In this document: in pieces, positions 56,782-64,000 of the stretch | Layout: every line of letters begins with the position of its first letter | Position numbering within the stretch: position 1 is the first letter of the stretch | From: Candidatus Latescibacterota bacterium | GTDB lineage: Bacteria; Latescibacterota; UBA2968; GCA-2709665 | NCBI GenBank assembly: GCA_965208835.1 | Contig: OZ242358.1 | Span: 96,001-160,000, forward strand | Direction: 5' to 3' | DNA length: 64,000 nt | Position numbers and translations under genes: made by a program | The notes under the pieces: generated by a model | Database searches by the model: none | What the model was told of the DNA's origin: nothing | Seen by the model: the letters and a program-made list of their open reading frames with translations, nothing else

Positions 56782-58137
56782 CTATTTGCCTATACAAAAT
56801 GTACTGAAAATTCGGTCCAGGATGTCGTCTGACGTTATCTCGCCGACGATTTCGGCCAATGCGTCTGTTGCTTCCCTCAGTTCAACCGCGACCACTTCTC
56901 GCGGCAGCCCGTCGTCCTGCGCCCCCATTGCCCGGCCAAGAGCGTCCTCCGCACGCCGCAACGCCTCCGCGTGTCGCGCGTGCGTCACCACACCGGGATC
57001 GGGCTCGGATACGACCATGACGCGTCTGCGGACGAGTTTCCTGAGTTGATCGAGCCCGTCACCCGTCAGGGCCGATGCCGTGAGAACCTGAAAGGCGTGA
57101 TCACCCGCCCAATCGGCGTGAAGACCCAAATCGTTCTTGTTCTTCACGAGAACCACGTCATCAGGGTCAACGCCGGTGACCATCTCCTCCAGCCCCGCGG
57201 CGGCGGGAACGGACGCATCGACGACCAGCAGCACGAGCGCGGCGCGGGCTATCGCCTTCCGTGAGCGCCTGGCGCCTTCTCGCTCGATTGCGTTGCGCGG
57301 CTTCGCGATACCGGCCGTGTCGACCAACGTTACGCGAATGCCGTCAAGGGTGATGGACTCTTCTATCGTATCCCGCGTGGTTCCGGAAACCGGCGACACG
57401 ATCGCCCGGTCTTCTTCCAGCAGCCTGTTGAGCAGGCTCGACTTGCCCGCGTTGGGGGGCCCCGCCAGCGCGACGACGGCGCCATTGCGTATCACTTTAC
57501 CGTGCCGGTAGGAGGCGATCAGACCCTCGATTTCTTCCGCCGCCCGTTTCAGCGACGGGCGTATGGCGTCGTGCTCGACCTCCGCGTCTTCGTAAAAGTC
57601 CAGCCCGGCCTCGAGCAAGGTCAGCGAATCCCTCAGCGCTTCCGCCAGATCCTCGAACCTCGTCCTCAAACCGCCGCGCAGCTGAAAGTATGCGGACTCA
57701 AGACCCCGGTCCGCCCCGGCGGTAATCATATCCGCGATCGCTTCCGCCTGGGTGAGGTCGATTCTGCCGTTCAGAAACGCCCTGCGGGTGAATTCCCCCG
57801 GCTCAGCCGGGCGGGCGCCCGCTTCCACGAGGGCTTCCATTGCGCGTCGCAGAAGGAGGGGACCTCCGTGGCAGTTGAATTCGACCGTGTCTTCTCCCGT
57901 AAACGACCGGGATCCCCTCATCACACAGACCAGGACTTCATCCAGGTCCTGTTCTCCGACGACGAATCTGCCGTAAGTCAGGCGGCGGTCCTCAACGCGG
58001 CTTAATTCATGGGATCCACAAAAAAAACCGGAGGCAATTCCTACCGCCTCCGGTCCCGAAAGCCGAACGATGCCTATCGCTGCCTCGCCCTGACCGGTGG
58101 CGATTGCGACAATGGTATCGCGGTCCGACGGTCTCAT
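56782..58137 (-). CDS. mnmE: tRNA modification GTPase
   Basis: DTIVAIAT, GPPNAGKSS, GTTRD, DTAG, C-terminal FCIGK. Confidence 0.97.
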   Translation of the reverse strand: MRPSDRDTIVAIATGQGEAAIGIVRLSGPEAVGIASGFFCGSHELSRVEDRRLTYGRFVVGEQDLDEVLVCVMRGSRSFTGEDTVEFNCHGGPLLLRRAMEALVEAGARPAEPGEFTRRAFLNGRIDLTQAEAIADMITAGADRGLESAYFQLRGGLRTRFEDLAEALRDSLTLLEAGLDFYEDAEVEHDAIRPSLKRAAEEIEGLIASYRHGKVIRNGAVVALAGPPNAGKSSLLNRLLEEDRAIVSPVSGTTRDTIEESITLDGIRVTLVDTAGIAKPRNAIEREGARRSRKAIARAALVLLVVDASVPAAAGLEEMVTGVDPDDVVLVKNKNDLGLHADWAGDHAFQVLTASALTGDGLDQLRKLVRRRVMVVSEPDPGVVTHARHAEALRRAEDALGRAMGAQDDGLPREVVAVELREATDALAEIVGEITSDDILDRIFSTFCIGK

Positions 58138-58149
58138 CCGGACAGATCC

Positions 58150-59832
58150 TTATCGCGTGCCGAGCACGCGTTTCACACGTTCCATGACTTGCTGCTGTAT
58201 AATTGTGAGCACGTTGAACATGGTCCAGTAGAGCACCAGGCCGGACGACAGGCTCCACATTATCCAGATCATGAAAACAGGCATGATGTAGACCATGAAC
58301 GCCTGTTTGGGATCTTTCATGGTCATTTTTGACTGTACAAACGTGGAAACGGCCATTAGCAGCGGCAGCAGGTGGATTTCAATACCGCCGATATATATCC
58401 GGTCCGGCTGCGACAGATCCGTAATCCAGAGCACGAACTCGGACTGCCGAAGCTCAATCGCGCCCCTGAACACGTTGAACAGCGAAAAGAGAATGGGCAT
58501 CTGGATGACCATCGGCAGGCAGCCCCCGAGCGGGTTGACGCCCTCCTCCTTGTAGAGCTTCATCATTTCCCGCTGGACCTTCTGTTGGTCGTCCGGGTAT
58601 TTCTCGCGTAACGCGGCGATCCGGGGCTGAAACTGCTGCATCTTCGCGGCAGCCTCGAGGCTCTTGTGCGTTAACGGAAACACCACGATTTTGATCAGTA
58701 CGGAAAAGACGATGATGACCAGACCATAGTTCGGGATCAGCGGATGAAGCGCGAGAAATGCCCTGAGATTCAGATTGGTGATGGGCTTGATGATGGGCCG
58801 GAAGATGGCGAAACCATACTCCATGAACTCCTCCATCTCCAGTTCCCGGTAATTGCCGGACAGGTCCTGATTCTGCTGCCTCATACGGTCGTAGGAGATC
58901 GGTCCGAAATAGACGCCGAAACGCTGTCCCGGATCGACGACTTTCGAGAGGATTTCGACGTCGTACCATTCGGCGATATCGCGCATGTCGCCGGCCAGAT
59001 CCAGGCCATAGCTGCCTTCCGGGGGAATCATGGCAACCAGAAAGTATTTGTTCCTTATCCCGACCCACGAGATCCGGCCGCCGGGCGGAGGGTCGCCGTC
59101 GGGCCCCAGGTCCTCCACATTCCAGGTTTCCACCTCGCCGCCGGCACGCGTGACCACCGACATGTAGAGCGCGTTTTCTTCCGGGTTGTTCTCGGTATCG
59201 GCGAGGCTGCCCGACCACCCGACGCCCAGTTTCTCCTGCGGCTGCAATCCGGAAACAGCCACCGCCATGTCCGCACGGTACCGGTTGCCCTGGAATCGGA
59301 TCCGCTTTTCGATCATGCGGGTTCCCACGTCGCTTCTGAAGATCAGTTCGGCCTGTTCAGCTCCGACCAGCGTAAGTCTGGGTGTGTCAGTTGAAAACTC
59401 GTATGCATCCAGCGGCTCACCGGCCAGGGAAAGGCCCAGCGCGTTGCTCCCGGGAGCGATCAGCTCGAGTTGCCCGCCGTCGGGATGTTCGTAGGCCTTC
59501 AGCAGCAGCCGGGTCAATACCCCGCCGCGCGTGCTGAACGTAGCGGTAAAGAGGTCGGTTTCGACAATGACGTCCGTGGGAGTGAATTCCCCCGGGGCGG
59601 ACCGGCTGTCTGTCTGTTCCGTCGCTGCGACGCGCGGTGCCTCCGGCAGAATTTCGGCAGGTGCGGCGGGCTGATCCGGAGGTGGAAGCGGCGGCGTCCG
59701 CATTCTTTCGGCCGGGACCGTTTCCGGCGGCGGGACTGGAATTTCCGGTCCCATTATCCACTCCATATAATGGGGATAGAGAATAATGATCAGACCGATC
59801 AATATAAATGCGAAGATTGTACGCTTATCCAT
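58150..59832 (-). CDS. yidC: Membrane protein insertase
   Basis: N-terminal TM, periplasmic domain, NPLGGCLP, WITDLS, GLVLYW. Confidence 0.96.
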   Translation of the reverse strand: MDKRTIFAFILIGLIIILYPHYMEWIMGPEIPVPPPETVPAERMRTPPLPPPDQPAAPAEILPEAPRVAATEQTDSRSAPGEFTPTDVIVETDLFTATFSTRGGVLTRLLLKAYEHPDGGQLELIAPGSNALGLSLAGEPLDAYEFSTDTPRLTLVGAEQAELIFRSDVGTRMIEKRIRFQGNRYRADMAVAVSGLQPQEKLGVGWSGSLADTENNPEENALYMSVVTRAGGEVETWNVEDLGPDGDPPPGGRISWVGIRNKYFLVAMIPPEGSYGLDLAGDMRDIAEWYDVEILSKVVDPGQRFGVYFGPISYDRMRQQNQDLSGNYRELEMEEFMEYGFAIFRPIIKPITNLNLRAFLALHPLIPNYGLVIIVFSVLIKIVVFPLTHKSLEAAAKMQQFQPRIAALREKYPDDQQKVQREMMKLYKEEGVNPLGGCLPMVIQMPILFSLFNVFRGAIELRQSEFVLWITDLSQPDRIYIGGIEIHLLPLLMAVSTFVQSKMTMKDPKQAFMVYIMPVFMIWIMWSLSSGLVLYWTMFNVLTIIQQQVMERVKRVLGTR

Positions 59833-60049
59833 CCGTCAGACCTGTAATGTCGAGAAGCGGGGGTAAGAAGACAGGAATGTGGCCCATTTGAACCTCATCG
59901 CTTACCGTCCTTTCGCCATCTGGACGGACTCATCGGTCGATTCTTGACGATCTGTTTCCGGGTCGGAAAACTGGCGGAGGGCGTGATGAGGGGGCGATAC
60001 AAATCCGAAGACTGAACGGAGGGCGATTCAACGAGGAAGCAACCCTTAC

Positions 60050-60195
60050 CAGTCCGTTGAAAGAGTCCATCCGGGCAACGGCCGGCCCTTGCGGTCGAAA
60101 TACTGCGTTGCGCGCCCTCGCCGAATCGCTCGATGGGACTCGGTTGCGCGCCTTGTCTTCGGCCTCGCCTGCAGAGAGACACTATCAACGAACTG
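60050..60195. repeat. MITE-like element family C, inverted copy
   Basis: Similar to the reverse complement of 46667-46826. Confidence 0.8.
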
Positions 60196-60540
60196 CTACG
60201 CCGGGGTGGCCGAGCCGTGGAGAAGACCCAGTTTTCCGAACGCAGCAATCAAATCGCTGCGCAGTTCCCGGAACCCTGCAGCGGCCGAACCATCGCCGAC
60301 GGATATCATGACCATATGACCCGTGCTGCGGTGCGGAGCCATTTCCCTGCAGATAGCACGAATTCGCCGCCGTGCACGATTTCGCGCAACAGCCTTTCCA
60401 AACCGTTTGCGCACGGAGATGAAGATGCGATCATCTACGGAATTACATACACGGACGTGCAACCAGCGGCCCCTGAATACCGTTCCGGTCCGTCGAAGAT
60501 GCTGGACCTCCCTGCGCAGACGGGCGCTTGGCCTGGGCAT
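60196..60540 (-). CDS. rnpA: RNase P protein component
   Basis: SVRKRFGKAVARNRARR motif; position between rpmH and yidC. Confidence 0.9.
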   Translation of the reverse strand: MPRPSARLRREVQHLRRTGTVFRGRWLHVRVCNSVDDRIFISVRKRFGKAVARNRARRRIRAICREMAPHRSTGHMVMISVGDGSAAAGFRELRSDLIAAFGKLGLLHGSATPA

Positions 60541-60542
60541 AT

Positions 60543-60616
60543 CAGTGTCCTGTCCAACAATTATCCAACCATTCGGCCGCCGATTCAGGCAACCTGTTTC
60601 TGGGTCAGGACACGAG
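60543..60616. repeat. Short MITE-like element (family E termini)
   Basis: gtgtcctgtcc ... gggtcaggacac. Confidence 0.5.
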
Positions 60617-60751
60617 CTAGAGTGAGACCCGGACGCGGCCCTTGCGGCGGCGCCTGGAAAAGATCTGCCGTCCGCCAGGGGTTCGCATGCGATGGCGAAA
60701 ACCGTGTTTGTTCTTACGTTTCCGATTGCTGGGTTGAAACGTCCGCTTCAT
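60617..60751 (-). CDS. rpmH: 50S ribosomal protein L34 (missing from the ORF track)
   Basis: Hand translation [44 protein letters not shown]. Confidence 0.97.
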   Translation of the reverse strand: MKRTFQPSNRKRKNKHGFRHRMRTPGGRQIFSRRRRKGRVRVSL

Positions 60752-60819
60752 CAGGAAATGTCCCTGCGTTGCGCAATGAATGGCCGTCGTTGTATCTAAA
60801 TGAATTGTAGGAAGTTATG

Positions 60820-60848
60820 AATATAGACGGGGAAGGAATCTTTGTCAA
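60820..60848 (-). promoter_or_regulatory. rpmH promoter
   Basis: Minus-strand TTGACA-N17-TATATT. Confidence 0.65.
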
Positions 60849-60986
60849 GGGATTTCCTCGGCATCCTTACCTCCCTGTAAATGGCTACTATATATTGTAC
60901 TTATTGGAAGCTATACCCATTATAGAGTATTCCAATACGCTTGAACGACGCTCACAAGATTAGCTGAAAAATCTGCCAAAAAGCGC

Positions 60987-61015
60987 TTGACTTTTGCAAT
61001 TCGATTCTTTAGCTT
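60987..61015 (+). promoter_or_regulatory. dnaA promoter candidate
   Basis: TTGACT-N17-TAGCTT. Confidence 0.55.
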
Positions 61016-61329
61016 GGCCCCATCCTGATCGCCGAGGCTGTTCCTTCGGCGGCTCCCCCGTATACTATATTCATACTCGATCTCGAATTTTTTGATGCGG
61101 CCGGTCAGGCACCGGCAGGACTTTGTATTGTCCGTTTGTGAGGAATTCACATGCAACTCTGCCGTGAATTCCGCCCCCCCAGAATATCTTCTGCAATACT
61201 CCCTCCATAGACGATCTTCTGGCTTCTGGCAGGGCTCGGCATACTTCCCCGCCAACTCTCTCAATATATAACAAATCGGGCTTAGCGGCGGCTCGGTTCC
61301 ATCGCTAACGTATGGGCGGTTTTGTCTCC

Positions 61330-62727
61330 ATGGTTGACAAACGTTCCGGCCTCTGGGACCAGTGTTTGCGGAAGATAGAGGGGAAGATCGAGGCGGATAC
61401 CTACGGAACATGGTTCGCCCAGACGTCCTCATCGCAGCTTGACGCCAAACTCGCCGTGATCGAAGTGCCAACCTCCTTTTTCGTAGACTGGCTGGAGGAG
61501 CATTGGCTTGATTTGATCCGGTCCACAATACAGGAGATCACATCCTGGATGCCGGAGATCAGGTTCTCGGTCAAGAAAAGCGCTCCTGTTTCCGCCGGGG
61601 CCCCACTCGATTTCTCGACGACCGACGAACCCGCTCCCGAGCCCCCAAAGGAACCAGCCGTTTCAGGGTCAGTATCAGAACCCGTATTCCCCCTGAATCC
61701 CCGATACCGATTTGCCGACTTCGTTGTCGGTGAGAGCAATCAATTCTCATTTACGGCGGCCAAAGCCGTAGCGGAGTCCCCTGGCGCGACATCCTTCAAT
61801 CCGCTGGTCATCTATAGCGGTGTAGGTCTCGGAAAAACGCACCTCCTGCAGGCAATTGCCGACTATTGCGTACGCAACGGCACGGCCAAACGCGTTGTGT
61901 ATACCTCCGCGGAGAGGTTCTTTACGGACTATCTGAAGGCTATCCGGAAGCAGGATACCTCAGCATACATCGAGATCTACAGAAACGCGGACATTCTACT
62001 GATTGACGATATTCAGTTCTACGTGAAGACCGAAGCATGCCAGCGCGAACTCCTTCATACGTTCAACACATTATATCAACTGAACAAACAGATCGTCCTG
62101 AGTTCGGACCGACCGCCGTCAACCCTGAAGGGATTCGAAGACAGGCTTATTTCAAGATTCCAGTGGGGTCTCGTTTCGGATATTGACACGCCGGATCTTG
62201 AAACGCGAATGGCGATCATCAATCAGAAGGCCGGCGATCATGGCGTACGCATTCCCCCGGAAGTAGCCCATTTCATGGCTGATCAGATAGATTCCAATAT
62301 CCGGGAACTGGAAGGCGCCCTCACTCAACTTATTACTTTTTCGGTATATAAACGCTCACCCATCTCCCTCGAAATCGCAAGGGATACCATAAAGAGTCTG
62401 GGGCGCGTAAAGACAATTACGTCGCCGGCAATCAGTATCCAGGAGATTCAGAAGCGTACCGCCGGCTACTTCAACATACCGGTGGAAATGTTGACCGGCG
62501 CCACGCGCAGGCAGGAAATCGCAACAGCACGGCATATCTGCATGTATCTTTGTCGAAGGCTTACACAGGCGCCCCTCAAGTCAATAGGCACTGAATTTGG
62601 AAACCGGGATCATACAACGGTTATACACGCATGCAAGAACATCGCCGCCAAACTATCAACGGATCCCGACTTCCAGGCTCTTGTCAGCCGGATCCAGAAC
62701 CGGGTTCAGCAGTTCGCTTCCGCCTGA
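61330..62727 (+). CDS. dnaA: Chromosomal replication initiator
   Basis: GVGLGKTHL, IDDIQF, NIRELEGAL, RDHTTVIHA. Confidence 0.98.
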   Translation: MVDKRSGLWDQCLRKIEGKIEADTYGTWFAQTSSSQLDAKLAVIEVPTSFFVDWLEEHWLDLIRSTIQEITSWMPEIRFSVKKSAPVSAGAPLDFSTTDEPAPEPPKEPAVSGSVSEPVFPLNPRYRFADFVVGESNQFSFTAAKAVAESPGATSFNPLVIYSGVGLGKTHLLQAIADYCVRNGTAKRVVYTSAERFFTDYLKAIRKQDTSAYIEIYRNADILLIDDIQFYVKTEACQRELLHTFNTLYQLNKQIVLSSDRPPSTLKGFEDRLISRFQWGLVSDIDTPDLETRMAIINQKAGDHGVRIPPEVAHFMADQIDSNIRELEGALTQLITFSVYKRSPISLEIARDTIKSLGRVKTITSPAISIQEIQKRTAGYFNIPVEMLTGATRRQEIATARHICMYLCRRLTQAPLKSIGTEFGNRDHTTVIHACKNIAAKLSTDPDFQALVSRIQNRVQQFASA

Positions 62728-62859
62728 CCATGGCCAGGGCTCGTTCCAGGGTCAGCGAGCATCGAACGTCTTGACAACTCTGGCAACGGAATGACTGCCC
62801 CTCGACTGCCGGTAGAAAGACCGATTCAGATTCTGAATCGGTCTTTTCTTTGTGTCGCT

Positions 62860-63360
62860 GCCCCGAAGATATCCACAAAGGATCCTGCGTATCGGCTTTA
62901 TAGTCTCTTTATTGATTATTCCATGATTACTTAAAAATAACTACTACATGGATCGGGGGAAGGTGGAAAACGTGGATTTTGGCCGTGTTTCCAGTGAAAA
63001 ACCCGATGGCTGGATTGTAGGAACGGTATGGAAAACATGGGTATATCCGGCGTGTTGTTCACGCTTTCGCAGCACGCGTTCAACCAGCCGTTCCGAATCC
63101 ACAAATTGCGCTGATAATTTTCCACAGGACCCGGTCCCGCATATTACGGAGTAAATTATCAACATATATAGAGCAAAACCAATTATTTGCGATCGATATT
63201 CGGAACATGACTCCGTGCGAAACTGCTCATATTGTTCACAACAGCGAATGTGGACAACTGTGTCCGAATGAAGGATCTCGCGCTTTTCGGAGGACAACCT
63301 CTCCGGGCCGCCCCGGGGGACATCTGACCGGTGCCTCGGAGCCACATGGAATCCACCCGG
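62860..63360. other. Probable oriC
   Basis: dnaA-dnaN intergenic region with degenerate DnaA boxes (62869, 63118, 63232, 63249 and others) and an AT-rich stretch ~62898-62946. Confidence 0.7.
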
Positions 63361-63518
63361 AAATCCGCTCGGTCACCTCCTGTTCGCAAGGGAAACAGCG
63401 GCCGATGTCCGGGGGTCTGTACAGTGCCTTTGGTGAGCCTGAAACCAGGATCCTCGCGGCACCGTAACGCGCGTTCGACGGGTGGCGTTCCGAAGGACCT
63501 CCAAAAAGACAATAAACA

Positions 63519-63547
63519 TTGACAAATTCGTAAAAAATCAGTATATT
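63519..63547 (+). promoter_or_regulatory. dnaN promoter
   Basis: TTGACA-N17-TATATT. Confidence 0.65.
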
Positions 63548-63666
63548 ACGTCATAGTAACGTGTGGCCGACCAAGCCTTTTTTTTTTTGATGAATTCAAT
63601 CCCTGAATTTCAACCGGATTCTGGTGGAGCAACGTCGTTGGAGCACGTGTTCCCGGGAGACATAAA

Positions 63667-64000
63667 ATGAAGTTGGTTATTGAGCAGGAAATGCTCATAT
63701 GGGGCATCAACTCGGTGCTGGATATCGTCCCGTCGAAAACAGCCCTCCCGGTGCTGTCGAATATACTCGTTGGAACCAACGAAAGCGGGAAAGTGTGCCT
63801 CACCGCCACGGATCTCGATATTTCCATCATCTGTATGCTTGAGGGATCCGTGGAAACGCAGGGAACGACCACGGTGCCGGCGCGTAAGTTCGCCGAGATC
63901 GTGCGGGAATTGCCCGAGGGTCCCGTTGTTCTCACCGAAGCATCGGGGCGCGTGACGATTCAGTGTCAATCAGGCCTGGAAGGATCGTACGGGCTCATGT
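63667..64000 (+). CDS. dnaN: DNA polymerase III beta clamp (truncated by window end)
   Basis: MKLVIEQ...LPVLSNIL...LTATDLDISI...TVPARKF. Confidence 0.95.
   Translation, partial: MKLVIEQEMLIWGINSVLDIVPSKTALPVLSNILVGTNESGKVCLTATDLDISIICMLEGSVETQGTTTVPARKFAEIVRELPEGPVVLTEASGRVTIQCQSGLEGSYGLM

Noticed and set aside
59895-60248. yidD between rnpA and yidC
   Set aside because: The ORF lacks the CRFxPTCS motif and mostly overlaps a repeat element.

Overview
GC-rich bacterial chromosomal window ending at the replication-origin region (rsmG-mnmE-yidC-rnpA-rpmH / dnaA-oriC-dnaN). The Omp85-type protein, SusC/SusD pair and alpha-2-macroglobulin indicate a diderm, possibly FCB-group organism (inference). 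The main accessory feature is a ~12.3 kb, visibly more AT-rich island (7787-20124) bracketed by near-identical hairpins. It encodes an SspABCD-type DNA phosphorothioation module (cysteine desulfurase, DUF4007 protein, large P-loop ATPase, PAPS reductase). No SspE is recognisable; downstream of sspD lie a GIY-YIG nuclease coupled to a DGQHR (DndB-like) protein, then a GHKL ATPase and an HTH-T5orf172 nuclease, which together are a candidate new PT-linked defence system. A symmetric bidirectional promoter sits between sspA and sspB. Other notable items: an XRE-HTH fused to a methylmalonyl-CoA mutase domain; a SusC/SusD pair inserted between mutase and epimerase with a ~94 bp duplication; a K+-channel-like protein with an atypical filter and an inserted beta domain; two perfect parS sites; a second DnaA-box cluster ~16 kb from oriC; and many REP/MITE-like repeat families. 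All product calls come from motif recognition by eye, with no database searches.
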